This document shows, piece by piece, positions 1 through 8,024 of a stretch of DNA of 17,837 bases. The notes under the pieces are model-generated. The model saw only the letters and a program-made list of their open reading frames with translations, searched no databases and was not told where the DNA came from. The position numbers and the translations under genes were made by a program. The stretch lies in the UHGV virus genome UHGV-0106859; one strand, given 5' to 3'. How positions within the stretch are numbered: position 1 is the stretch's first letter; each line of letters begins with the position of its first letter. The DNA is from a virus.

Positions 1-21
1 ATTGGCTGTAATGTCTGTCAT
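1..21 (-). CDS. Tailspike (gene 9-like) N-terminus, partial: only the first 7 codons (MTDITAN) lie inside the window
   Basis: Minus-strand ATG at 21-19 preceded by GGAG (ctGGAGcaaattaaATG); encodes MTDITAN, which matches the conserved N-terminus of P22-family tailspikes as I recall it; position after ant matches P22 gene order. Truncated by the window edge. Confidence 0.45.
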
Positions 22-78
22 TTAATTTGCTCCAGATACAAGGAATCGCCGCAGCGTAGCTACGGTGAATTTTGGGCA

Positions 79-102
79 TAAAAAAACCCAGCCGAAGCTG
101 GG
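79..102 (-). terminator. Rho-independent terminator downstream of ant
   Basis: Hairpin CCCAGC-cgaa-GCTGGG (87-102) followed on the minus strand by a run of 7 T then AT (plus-strand A-run 79-86); lies about 20 nt after the ant stop codon (122-124). Confidence 0.6.
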
Positions 103-121
103 TCGTTGCGTTGGTTATCTG

Positions 122-1045
122 TCAGTAGTTATGTACTGAAGGAGGCAATTCTTTATTCTTAAGTCTCATCCATGCGGAAAGATTCGTTGGTCCGTCTGGC
201 TCATTAATATCAACATCTCGTGTGTGGTTTATTAAAACGTCTCTCGCCATTCCGATAACATACGAGAATTCATGACCATAGTCGTAGCATCTGCCTGAAT
301 AGTTCGATTGAATTTGTTTTAGCGCCGGATACAGTTCGCGGAATAATGCCTGTGAGCGGTTGGCATAATCCCATAACCATACAAGGCTGTTTGCTTCTTT
401 TGCAGAAAGCTCGTTGGTTTTCTTCTCTTGTTTGCCGATGAACTCACCTTCAAGTGGAACTCGAGCTGCAAGTGATAGTGCTTCGGTAAACTGCTCCTCA
501 CTGATTTCTTTGTACGAACATCCAAAATGGGATTTCAGTGACGACCACATGGTGATCATCGCCTTAGCCTGTTTTTCCTTTGGCAGAGACTGACCGCGAC
601 TCATGACGAGTTGTTTAATGGCTTCCTGCTGTTCAGTGGTGATTTTACCCGGCAACGCCTTTTTAGCTTTGCGTGGGTTAACTACATGACCTTTAGTCCA
701 GTACTCGTATAGCACATCGTCACACTCTTCTTGATACTGGATTACATTGTCGCGGATTTCAGGGCGGACTTTGTTAGGGCTGATGGTTTGCAACCAGCCA
801 TTCAGTTTACGTAAAGCAAGGCAAATCATGTTCTGCACACCGCCAACTGAAGGTATTGCGATTTCCACAATACCTTTAGCAAATCTTTGTTTTAACTTTG
901 TAAACTGTGAAGCCCAATCCATACCCATTCCCTCAACGATAGGTTTCATTGGGGTGTACGGCTCACCGTTGTGATTAACAACATAAAGCTCTGCGCCGTG
1001 GAATGGTACATTGATAGTAGATACTGCTGTTGCTATACTTTTCAT
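122..1045 (-). CDS. ant: Antirepressor (Ant-like; N-terminal AntA/AntB-type domain)
   Basis: 307-aa ORF; N-terminal region (VPFHGAELYVVNHNGEPYTPMKPIVEGMGMDW...) resembles the phage antirepressor N-terminal domain; sits in the immI-like cluster downstream of an Arc-like gene and opposite mnt; ATG start with GGA about 8-11 nt upstream. Confidence 0.75.
   Translation of the reverse strand: MKSIATAVSTINVPFHGAELYVVNHNGEPYTPMKPIVEGMGMDWASQFTKLKQRFAKGIVEIAIPSVGGVQNMICLALRKLNGWLQTISPNKVRPEIRDNVIQYQEECDDVLYEYWTKGHVVNPRKAKKALPGKITTEQQEAIKQLVMSRGQSLPKEKQAKAMITMWSSLKSHFGCSYKEISEEQFTEALSLAARVPLEGEFIGKQEKKTNELSAKEANSLVWLWDYANRSQALFRELYPALKQIQSNYSGRCYDYGHEFSYVIGMARDVLINHTRDVDINEPDGPTNLSAWMRLKNKELPPSVHNY
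1011..1039 (+). promoter_or_regulatory. Near-consensus sigma70 promoter inside the 5' end of ant, reading antisense (Psar-like)
   Basis: TTGATA (1011-1016), 17-bp spacer, TATACT (1034-1039) on the plus strand; predicted start near 1046, immediately past the ant start codon and antisense to the ant ribosome-binding region. Confidence 0.45.
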
Positions 1046-1120
1046 GTCGTTAATTCCTATGCGTGGTTTTACGATACCGAAGCCCTGACTGTTACCGCAG
1101 TTGGGGCTTCAACTTTCTGC
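1046..1120 (+). ncRNA. Candidate sar-like small antisense RNA (about 70 nt) covering the ant translation-initiation region
   Basis: Starts downstream of the promoter at 1011-1039; contains a 13-bp stem with 6-nt loop at 1079-1110 that is stronger in the plus-strand RNA (two G-U pairs that become A-C mismatches on the other strand), followed by CUUUCU. Size and placement resemble the sar RNA of phage P22 immI. Confidence 0.35.
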
Positions 1121-1312
1121 TCTATCAGTTATATCTTTCCCTTCATATACTTCACCTATATTGCTAATGCTGGCAGAACATCCAAGATGCTTGTATCTTA
1201 TGATGTCCAACACGCAGTCACTACACAGCATCCGACCTGTTTCTTTAGAGTAAATGTATGTTTGATCAGCGTCTGATTCGCTAATGCCGCAGAAACAACA
1301 TTCTTTACTCAT
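1109..1312 (-). CDS. Small cysteine-rich protein (67 aa; CCxC near the N-terminus and CxxC at 30-33; possible zinc ribbon), hypothetical
   Basis: ORF start ATG overlaps the stop of the upstream Arc-like gene (ATGA overlap at 1309-1312), suggesting translational coupling; purine-rich SD (AGAGAGGGG) upstream; occupies the slot directly upstream of ant. Confidence 0.5.
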   Translation of the reverse strand: MSKECCFCGISESDADQTYIYSKETGRMLCSDCVLDIIRYKHLGCSASISNIGEVYEGKDITDRAES

Positions 1313-1449
1313 ACCGTTATCCCCTCTCTCTTCAGGCTGTCCATCACCCGTTTAATTACTTCTGCACTAAATGAGCGACACTCTTCCTTTGCTTTCTCTT
1401 CAAGGATTTTTTCTAACTTCTCTGGCATACGCAGTGTTTTTACCTTCAT
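1309..1449 (-). CDS. Arc-like ribbon-helix-helix repressor (46 aa), below the 60-aa cutoff of the supplied ORF track
   Basis: Hand-translated: MKVKTLRMPEKLEKILEEKAKEECRSFSAEVIKRVMDSLKREGITV; the C-terminal helix (RSFSAEVIKRVMDSLKREG) resembles P22 Arc (RSVNSEIYQRVMESFKKEG as recalled); GGAGG SD 6 nt upstream of the ATG at 1449; first gene of the minus-strand immI operon. Confidence 0.65.
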   Translation of the reverse strand: MKVKTLRMPEKLEKILEEKAKEECRSFSAEVIKRVMDSLKREGITV

Positions 1450-1548
1450 TGCATCCTCCGTTGTATGTGGTACGCATACATAGTATTTAGGTACGCATTG
1501 ATAGTCAATAGATACCTACATATCCTGTGGTAAAAAATTATTCAGGAT
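1450..1548. promoter_or_regulatory. Divergent promoter/operator region between the Arc-like operon (minus) and the Mnt-like/mnt operon (plus)
   Basis: Minus strand: TTGACT (1508-1503), 17 bp, TACTAT (1485-1480). Plus strand: TTGATA (1498-1503), 17 bp, TATCCT (1521-1526). The two -35 boxes overlap within the palindrome ATTGA-TAG-TCAAT (1497-1509). Direct repeats GGTACGCAT at 1469-1477 and 1490-1498 (21-bp period) and an imperfect palindrome GTATG-n7-CATAC (1463-1479). Confidence 0.45.
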
Positions 1549-1554
1549 GTGCCG

Positions 1555-1812
1555 ATGTCTGATCGTAAGTACAAAAACCCTCAAGTGAATCTGAGGCTTC
1601 CTGTAGAGATAAAGGAACGTCTTATTGAACTGGCTGAGGCTAATTCTCGTTCATTAAATGCTGAGATGGTCGCGGCACTTGAAGCATGGACCGAAAAAAA
1701 TAAACACATTCAAGCACTAGACCTTGCAACTATAGCATCACGATTGATAGATCTTGAACATGATGTTGAGAAGTTGAAATGCATGTATAGCAACAATAAA
1801 GACGAAAGTTAG
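1555..1812 (+). CDS. Mnt-like ribbon-helix-helix DNA-binding protein (second RHH repressor, about 85 aa) with C-terminal coiled-coil extension
   Basis: N-terminus (QVNLRLPVEIKERLIELAEANSRSLNAEMVAAL) has the RHH beta-strand/helix pattern; track ORF begins at GTG 1549, but ATG at 1555 has an AGGA SD 7 nt upstream; immediately upstream of and co-directional with mnt. Confidence 0.65.
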   Translation: MSDRKYKNPQVNLRLPVEIKERLIELAEANSRSLNAEMVAALEAWTEKNKHIQALDLATIASRLIDLEHDVEKLKCMYSNNKDES

Positions 1813-1835
1813 AGATACTAACTTGGAGTGATGGC

Positions 1836-2087
1836 ATGGCTAGAGACGATCCGCACTTTAACTTCCGTATGCCTATGGAAGTAAGGGAGAAATTAAAATT
1901 CAGGGCGGAGGCGAATGGGAGATCAATGAACTCCGAGTTGTTACAAATCGTCCAAGATGCTCTATCAAAACCATCGCCTGTGACTGGATATCGCGACGAT
2001 GCAGAACGACTCGCTGATGAGCAGTCAGAGCTTGTTAAGAAGATGGTGTTTGATACGCTGAAGGATTTGTACAAAAAACCCACCTGA
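1836..2087 (+). CDS. mnt: Mnt repressor (ribbon-helix-helix; P22 Mnt-type)
   Basis: 83-aa product MARDDPHFNFRMPMEVREKLKFRAEANGRSMNSELLQIVQDALSKP... is near-identical to P22 Mnt as I recall it; GGAG SD 7 nt upstream; orientation opposite to arc/ant as in P22 immI. Confidence 0.85.
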   Translation: MARDDPHFNFRMPMEVREKLKFRAEANGRSMNSELLQIVQDALSKPSPVTGYRDDAERLADEQSELVKKMVFDTLKDLYKKPT

Positions 2088-2098
2088 CGGTGGGTTAC
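2071..2098. terminator. Bidirectional hairpin terminator between convergent mnt and the accessory 355-aa gene
   Basis: CCCACC-tgac-GGTGGG (2079-2094) with an A-run upstream (T-run on the minus strand); the mnt stop codon lies in the loop; the minus-strand gene stop is at 2101. Confidence 0.5.
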
Positions 2099-2100
2099 TG

Positions 2101-3108
2101 TTACTTGTCTGAATCATCCAGTTCGTCTGTTTTCACATCCTCAAACCTTGGATGCAGGCGATTCATTTTTGCAATAAAATCTGAATAGTCGTTAGATAGC
2201 TTCATAATCGTAACGGTTGATGACAGATGCTCTCTTAATTTTTGATATCCAATATTTGGCGTCAGCCCCTGAAACAACTTTGTACCTTTTGAAGCCTTTA
2301 CGTTCTGCTTTTTAAGCTCCTCAAGGATGTTTGGTGCCAATCGCTTGTAGACGATATCATTTGTCAAAACGCCAAAATACTGAGGGCGGAAGCGGGGATT
2401 TTCCGGCGGGTATTCTAAGCCCCTTAACCTGAAAAGCTCTTCATAATAATCAGCCGGAAATGTTGTAATATAAGGTTGAATTTCCTTTGCGACAAAGGCC
2501 TCGAGTATTTTGGCGAGCGCATCTTTTTCTCTATCTCGCTGGTACCCCGTCGCTTCATCAACAAGCGCTATTATTCCGACTTTAGCTAATGAGCGCACCA
2601 GAATTTCAGCTTTCTTGGCTGTCTCTAACTGGTTTGGCCTGGTGATAGCGCCTGCCTCTCTTGCCTTTAAATAAACATCGCAAACAAGAGGTATTATGGA
2701 TGCGTCATAACCTTCTTGGACGGAGCCAGTAATCGTCTTGTATTTAACCTTATTGATCACATCCATAACATCTTGATTTATATATTTTTTAAGGTTTGCA
2801 GCATCCATAAAAGCGGGCATATTGATCGCCCCCTCTTCTTGAGGTGCTCTACCCCCTCTTTGTGGTCGGCCAAATGCTTTAAAAACAGAAGCTTGTGATA
2901 TGATACGCCGTCCATTTTCGAGAACCGCGACATCTAATTCCGCATCACCGATCTTTAACTTTCCCTCATTCGCAGATACGGGCAATAAAGCTTTTTCTTT
3001 TTTTGCGGCAACAGCCTTTCTTGAGGATTCTTTTCTTTGCTCTGCTGTCATTTTTGCCGCGCGTGCCTTACCGCCTTTGGCCTTCCCACTAACATCATCA
3101 TTTTTCAT
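2101..3108 (-). CDS. Accessory (moron) protein of unknown function, about 335 aa, with a lysine/arginine-rich N-terminal tail; possibly a P63C-type phage domain (unverified)
   Basis: Long minus-strand ORF (track 2101-3168, but that start is a TTG inside an operator-like palindrome; first plausible ATGs at 3114/3108 with weak SD). AT-richer than the flanking structural genes. Lies between gene 16 and mnt, the slot where P22 carries sieA. Confidence 0.65.
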   Translation of the reverse strand: MKNDDVSGKAKGGKARAAKMTAEQRKESSRKAVAAKKEKALLPVSANEGKLKIGDAELDVAVLENGRRIISQASVFKAFGRPQRGGRAPQEEGAINMPAFMDAANLKKYINQDVMDVINKVKYKTITGSVQEGYDASIIPLVCDVYLKAREAGAITRPNQLETAKKAEILVRSLAKVGIIALVDEATGYQRDREKDALAKILEAFVAKEIQPYITTFPADYYEELFRLRGLEYPPENPRFRPQYFGVLTNDIVYKRLAPNILEELKKQNVKASKGTKLFQGLTPNIGYQKLREHLSSTVTIMKLSNDYSDFIAKMNRLHPRFEDVKTDELDDSDK

Positions 3109-3148
3109 GAGCATATCTCGTGTTGTGATTGATAAGTCAATCATACAC

Positions 3149-3186
3149 ATGCACGTTGTAACGTGCAATATTTAAATATGCACGTA
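3149..3186. promoter_or_regulatory. Operator-like palindrome cluster upstream of the accessory gene
   Basis: Perfect 18-bp palindrome TGCACGTT-GT-AACGTGCA (3150-3167), perfect 12-bp palindrome ATATTTAAATAT (3168-3179), and a third TGCACGT half-site (3179-3185); possible minus-strand -35 TTGCAA at 3194-3189. Confidence 0.5.
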
Positions 3187-3267
3187 AATTGCAAATCAGA
3201 TAATGAGGAGACTTTCTCCCCCTTGCACTGACATCATGGTATTCTGCTCAAAACTAAGGAGGTTGGT

Positions 3268-3597
3268 GTGTTAGAAATAGTCGTACTCGCTCTTGGGATA
3301 TCCTGTTGCGTACTATATGCAGGGTTAGCTGCCCTCAAGAAACAGGTTAAGGAATTAGATCGCTCACATGAAATTGATACAAAAATTGCGCGATTAACAG
3401 AAGAGAATAAACACTTAAAAAATTCCATAAGGGCACTAACTGATGACAACTACAAACTGTCCCATGCATTGGCTAAGTGGGAAATAGTAAGTTATGAAAG
3501 AATGACCGACATGATTTTTTCGTCTTATATGGCTACAAAATCTCCTGAAACATCAGGAAAAGCAATAATTGCAGCCATTGAAAAGAGAATTAAATAG
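3268..3597 (+). CDS. Small membrane-anchored coiled-coil protein (109 aa), hypothetical; candidate superinfection-exclusion or accessory factor
   Basis: GTG start with a strong SD TAAGGAGG 5 nt upstream (3255-3262); N-terminal hydrophobic segment LEIVVLALGISCCVLYAGLAAL, then a charged helical region; AT-rich; convergent with gene 16 and divergent from the 355-aa gene. Confidence 0.7.
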   Translation: MLEIVVLALGISCCVLYAGLAALKKQVKELDRSHEIDTKIARLTEENKHLKNSIRALTDDNYKLSHALAKWEIVSYERMTDMIFSSYMATKSPETSGKAIIAAIEKRIK

Positions 3598-3616
3598 CCT
3601 TCCTTGGCGTTCATTT

Positions 3617-5458
3617 CTACTGCCTGGTAGCTTCGTTAGTTAGGAGAGGGCGAACGGCGTTAGCAGCCTGATTTAACGCTCGCTCATATGCCGGAGTTCC
3701 AGGCTTGACGTTTGCAAGGCGGAGAAGCATGTTTCTTGCTGCTTTAGACTCATACAAACGCATCATTGCACCAAAGCCAGCCTCAAGCCCCATTGATACG
3801 CCAAGAGTCGCAGTTGCGCCAATCGTCCTTATCCGGTTGGCTTGCGATTGCCCCGTCTGAGTTACTACATTTGCGGTGTCTGACCTTGCTGTTTGCTGTA
3901 GAACTTCATGAAGAGAATCAAGCTCTTTCATGTGCTTTCCAGAAAAAATAGTGTTGTAAATTTCACCGCCTGACTGAGATTTCAGCTTATTAACTTCAGT
4001 GATGAACTTGGCTGGAGAGTCACCGGCCTTTTCCGCTATTTTGCTGACATAAGCTGCACGCATAGCATCTTTCCCTTTATTATCCAATGCGCTCCAGATT
4101 CGTTTCACGTCAGATGGTTTTCTGCTTAATACAACGGTATTTATAAGTTCAGGACTGGCTTCACTGCTTGCCTTGTTGAGCTTGTTAGCAATGTTTTTAT
4201 TAAGCACCTTATTATAAACGTTTGCATAATCGGAATTTGCTTTAAGGTATTTTGCTGCGTCTGATGCACCGAGGTTTTTTGCAACTGCGTTACGAAGATC
4301 TTTTGACATTGCATTCTCTACCATATTGGTAGCTGCTTTTGCCTGGTTTGGGAAGACCATAGCATCTCCCTGAACATTAGATCTAAATGCTGTTCTGTGC
4401 TGACGCAAGAGATCAAACGTAACATCCAAATCAGTTGCAGGGTTTGCTAATTCTTCACGTAGGTTACGCAAGGATGTAAGCAGGCTTTGATTGGCAGACG
4501 TCCCAAGCCGTTCCTGTCTTGCGATCGCTGTATTCAGAGCATTCATGGTATTTGTGGTATCAACTGCGGCATTACCCATTTTATTGGTGACGTCATTGAT
4601 AACAGCGCTAGCGGCATCCTTCCGCCCCCTTAACGTGGTGGTAAGAGATTTCACCACATCATCAGGGTTGTACTCACCAAAACGGTCAAAATAATTACTT
4701 ACCAGCTTACTACGCGTTGCATATTGCTCCGCTCGCTTTGAGCCTGTCCCGAGCAAAGCCCCCTCGGCATCCTGAGTTAGGCCGCGAGTGAAAGCATTTT
4801 TCGGCGGGATAACATCAGATGTCATTGGTGTCACGCCCATCGATTCTGATGTGGCAATTTTCTTCGCCACTTCTGGCGCAATATCACCTTTTATAGCCGT
4901 TATTCCACGCCCTATTCCCTTTGCTGCTGCGGAAAGAACCCCCTGAGCGGCAAGGTTAACTCCGGCATTTTTAGCTGCATTTTGTGCGAAATCGCCTTTC
5001 TGATTTGCGGCCTCTGCCAGTGATCCAATAGCCATGCTTCCTGCCGTTCCAACTCCTGGAACTAAATACCCGCCAATTGTTTCTCCAGCTTGCGCATAAG
5101 GGTCTGTTGGTCGATCGACTGGACGATAGACATCGTCCAAAACCTTGGGGCCACCAAGCCCCTGGCTGATTGCATTAATCAGACTTGCGCCGCCCTGCAA
5201 TACGTCAAATGGTATGTTTACCAGACCACGACCAGCCTGTTCCGCAATTTGCCCTGCACTTTGACCACCAGTGGGCCAATCGCCAGCTTGTTGCATCAAT
5301 GATGGTTCTTCCCGTGTTGGTGCATTATTGGCCTGATTAACTGTTTGTTGCTGAACAGCCTGACCAGCAAAATACTCATCAATGGCGGTGCCAATATCTT
5401 CGGTGCTCGTACCATCAGGAAAGGTAAATGTCTTACCGTTTGCAGTTACTTTCATCAT
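3617..5458 (-). CDS. Ejection (DNA transfer) protein gp16-like
   Basis: 613 aa (P22 gp16 is about 609 aa as recalled); last gene of the ejection-protein trio; ATGA overlap with the upstream gene at 5455-5458. Confidence 0.85.
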   Translation of the reverse strand: MMKVTANGKTFTFPDGTSTEDIGTAIDEYFAGQAVQQQTVNQANNAPTREEPSLMQQAGDWPTGGQSAGQIAEQAGRGLVNIPFDVLQGGASLINAISQGLGGPKVLDDVYRPVDRPTDPYAQAGETIGGYLVPGVGTAGSMAIGSLAEAANQKGDFAQNAAKNAGVNLAAQGVLSAAAKGIGRGITAIKGDIAPEVAKKIATSESMGVTPMTSDVIPPKNAFTRGLTQDAEGALLGTGSKRAEQYATRSKLVSNYFDRFGEYNPDDVVKSLTTTLRGRKDAASAVINDVTNKMGNAAVDTTNTMNALNTAIARQERLGTSANQSLLTSLRNLREELANPATDLDVTFDLLRQHRTAFRSNVQGDAMVFPNQAKAATNMVENAMSKDLRNAVAKNLGASDAAKYLKANSDYANVYNKVLNKNIANKLNKASSEASPELINTVVLSRKPSDVKRIWSALDNKGKDAMRAAYVSKIAEKAGDSPAKFITEVNKLKSQSGGEIYNTIFSGKHMKELDSLHEVLQQTARSDTANVVTQTGQSQANRIRTIGATATLGVSMGLEAGFGAMMRLYESKAARNMLLRLANVKPGTPAYERALNQAANAVRPLLTNEATRQ

Positions 5459-6861
5459 TCCACCGTAAATTGAATGCCTGATCTTGAGGTATATGATCCA
5501 ACCTGATTCCGTGGTTCTCCTGAAGGTGTCGAATCTTGTGCTGGCGCTGCGTCAGTATTCATTGACATATACCGCTTAACGGCACTCCCCAATGATTCAC
5601 CTTTTTTAACATCCAACCCCAATATCTGACCGCCATTACGCGATTGTCCAGGGTTGCCATTCGCGCTCATCCACTCAGCTTTAAACTCATTAAACTGCGC
5701 GTTTCGTCGCTCAAGGTTTGCCATTGCATCAAGCCATCTTGCGACCGTCTCAGGGTTATCCATGTCAGTTGGCGCACCCTGTCGAACGATCTCAACGTCT
5801 TTATCCGTTGCTGGGCCGGGAGGTAGGAATTTAAGAACCTGACTGTTAACAAGGGCATTTTGGCGAATGCGCAAATCACGCAATGTCGTATCGCTTCCGG
5901 TAAGTTTTGCGAACATGTTCTGTGCGTTACCGAACAAGCCGGTCGTTGGTTTTTCTGCTCTGAACTGTTGAGCAAGCGCACTCATGGAATTGGCTGAGTT
6001 TGATGATGCTGTGGCATTGTTTACAGCCGTCTCGATGCCTTTTTCCATGTTTACTGACAGCTTAGGTGCTTCGCTAATCAACTGCTGAGCCTTTTCCTGC
6101 GCTTGCTGCATCTTAAACCCGAACTCTTGCTGATCCAGAGCCAAGCGTTGTGCTGCGATATTGTGCCCAGTCATTGCTGACTGATAGGAAAGGTTTTGCC
6201 CTCTCGCCTGAAGTGCTTCACCAGCCTGATTGCTGCGGATTGTCTCTGCCAGCCCGCCTCGGTCAATCTCACGACCAGCCATCTTGTCCTGAACATTGAA
6301 GTAATCAATCGGACCAAGAGCAGCCATTCCAAGGTGATCAACAAACTCACCAAATCCTGAAGGATTCTGCTGATACATCTGAGCAACGCTGTTAGGGTCA
6401 ACACCGACGCGAGTCAGTTCCTTGGCGTTGTTTTGCAGCCATGATTGCATTGCTTCTGGAGACGATGACGCAAGGCGTGCGCCAGCCGCTAATGTACCGA
6501 TAGAATTACGCTGGTCTTCATCAATGAATCCCATGCCTTTACGAACGGATTCAATCTGGTCTGGATATTGAGTAGCTAACTGACGCAAAGCACCGCGATC
6601 ACCAGACGCATAAGCATTAGCGTATGCCTGCTGAAATTCTTTCTGCCGCTGAGCCTGCTTTTCCTGCTGAAACACCCCTGCAATACCTGAAAGGCCTTGC
6701 AAAGCAGTCAGCCCAACATTGTTAGCGCCTGAACGCTCAATATCATTGTTCTGCCTGATAAGCTGAAGCGTATTGCCGATGTCATTTACGCTCGGAGCGT
6801 TTGAGTTGACGCCGCCGATACCAGCCAACAATCCGCCGTTTGTTCCTTGCCAAGTAGCCAT
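5455..6861 (-). CDS. Ejection (DNA transfer) protein gp20-like
   Basis: 468 aa, Gln/Ala/Asn-rich low-complexity composition typical of P22-family ejection proteins; AAGGGG SD 5 nt upstream; gene order gp7-gp20-gp16. Confidence 0.85.
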   Translation of the reverse strand: MATWQGTNGGLLAGIGGVNSNAPSVNDIGNTLQLIRQNNDIERSGANNVGLTALQGLSGIAGVFQQEKQAQRQKEFQQAYANAYASGDRGALRQLATQYPDQIESVRKGMGFIDEDQRNSIGTLAAGARLASSSPEAMQSWLQNNAKELTRVGVDPNSVAQMYQQNPSGFGEFVDHLGMAALGPIDYFNVQDKMAGREIDRGGLAETIRSNQAGEALQARGQNLSYQSAMTGHNIAAQRLALDQQEFGFKMQQAQEKAQQLISEAPKLSVNMEKGIETAVNNATASSNSANSMSALAQQFRAEKPTTGLFGNAQNMFAKLTGSDTTLRDLRIRQNALVNSQVLKFLPPGPATDKDVEIVRQGAPTDMDNPETVARWLDAMANLERRNAQFNEFKAEWMSANGNPGQSRNGGQILGLDVKKGESLGSAVKRYMSMNTDAAPAQDSTPSGEPRNQVGSYTSRSGIQFTVE

Positions 6862-6870
6862 GATTACCCC

Positions 6871-7563
6871 TTAAAACAACGAGCCAAGCAATCCGATACC
6901 AGCACCAATGCCAGCGCCCCAAGGCGTTGATGTTCCCAAAAGGCTGGCAAGACCTGCACCGGCAATCGCACCAGACGTGCCACCGCTAATTGCAGTCTGA
7001 AGACTTGATGGTTTATTGGCATTAGCAGCGGCAAGTGCTGCGCTTTGCTGTGCAATGCTGCTCATGTTGTTGGCGTATGTCTGCCCAGCGTTTGCCTGAC
7101 CTTGCAGCGCACCAAGCCCAACGTTTGCCAGATTGTTGTAATTGCTCATCTGATTTGATAACCAAGACTGACCGAGTGTCGGCGCGATCGTAGCCAGTTG
7201 ATTGCTTGTGGCTGTCGAACCAAGTCCACCCGTCGCCTCCGCAGCAGCAAGACTCTGGTAACGAGCCTGCCCTGCAAGGTCTTTATACTGCTGAGAGTTG
7301 TAATACTGATTAAGTGCCTGCCCCTGACCTTCTAAACTGGAAAGGCTCTGAAGCTGGTTAACATACTGCTCCGCAAGAGGCGTGAACTGAGCAAGGTTTT
7401 TCATGATCGTCTGCCACTGCTGATTTTGCAGGTCTGCAGCATACTTCTGGGCTTCTGCTGCATACTTTGCGCTTTTATCAGAACTGCCACCTTTCCCGCC
7501 TTTTTCAGGGCAATAAGGTTCCTCGCCGCGCAGTTTTCTGCCCAGCTTAAATGCATATAACAT
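6871..7563 (-). CDS. Ejection protein gp7-like
   Basis: 230 aa (P22 gp7 about 229 aa as recalled); Gly/Ala-rich hydrophobic C-terminus (GAGIGAGIGLLGSLF); position between gp14 and gp20. Confidence 0.8.
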   Translation of the reverse strand: MLYAFKLGRKLRGEEPYCPEKGGKGGSSDKSAKYAAEAQKYAADLQNQQWQTIMKNLAQFTPLAEQYVNQLQSLSSLEGQGQALNQYYNSQQYKDLAGQARYQSLAAAEATGGLGSTATSNQLATIAPTLGQSWLSNQMSNYNNLANVGLGALQGQANAGQTYANNMSSIAQQSAALAAANANKPSSLQTAISGGTSGAIAGAGLASLLGTSTPWGAGIGAGIGLLGSLF

Positions 7564-7565
7564 GG

Positions 7566-8024
7566 CTATCTCCCGTGATTCAGGAAGTCGATTAGTTCTT
7601 CGCGTGTGGCGCTGTAAAACGTCACGTCATCCACGCCTTTAAAGTATTTCTTGATGGTTCCTACACGATTAAGGCCAATCATTGCGCAGTACATCTGCCC
7701 GTGGCGGAATTTGCGTGCAGCGAACGATGTGACACACTGAACAGTGGTGTTAGTCAGAATGTATCGCCAGAACGCCAGCCCGATTTCCTTGCTGAATCCA
7801 CGAACCTCTGGCAGGTACATGGCGTGGCAATCAAAGGTCAAAGGCTGAATCTCCTGATAGTAAACAATGCCGCCGAACTGCCCGTGCACGTTCACCTCGA
7901 AGTAACGGCATTCAGGCTTGTAGTCGTATCCATCACCGTTGTTGCTCCCGGCAATAATGTCAGGGTGATTTCCGACTGCTTCGATCAGGTCGATGTTTCG
8001 CGTTTGGTTGAACTGAATCATCAC
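7566..8024 (-). CDS. gp14-like head/ejection accessory protein
   Basis: 152-aa ORF directly downstream of the tail needle gene with ATGA overlap (8021-8024); position matches gene 14 in P22-like gene order. Confidence 0.7.
   Translation of the reverse strand: MMIQFNQTRNIDLIEAVGNHPDIIAGSNNGDGYDYKPECRYFEVNVHGQFGGIVYYQEIQPLTFDCHAMYLPEVRGFSKEIGLAFWRYILTNTTVQCVTSFAARKFRHGQMYCAMIGLNRVGTIKKYFKGVDDVTFYSATREELIDFLNHGR

Noticed and set aside
319-525. 68-aa minus-strand ORF inside ant, and plus-strand ORFs 747-974 and 971-1276
   Set aside because: Embedded in or antisense to the ant gene and the arc/ant junction; no independent start signals. The 971-1276 interval is better explained by the sar-like RNA and hairpin.
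2079-2094. CCACC...GGTGG hairpin as a possible Mnt operator
   Set aside because: It has a superficial likeness to the GGTCCACGGTGGACC core, but the spacing differs and it sits at the 3' end of mnt with flanking A/T runs; a terminator is the better explanation.
3109-3168. Longest-ORF start of the 355-aa accessory gene
   Set aside because: That start is a TTG lying inside the 18-bp perfect palindrome, with no SD; a downstream ATG (3108 or 3114) is more plausible, though still uncertain.
3766-6404. Several 60-104-aa ORFs on both strands inside gp16 and gp20 (for example 3766-3951, 4491-4694, 5667-5981, 6171-6404)
   Set aside because: All nested within or antisense to long, well-supported ejection-protein genes; no SD and odd composition.
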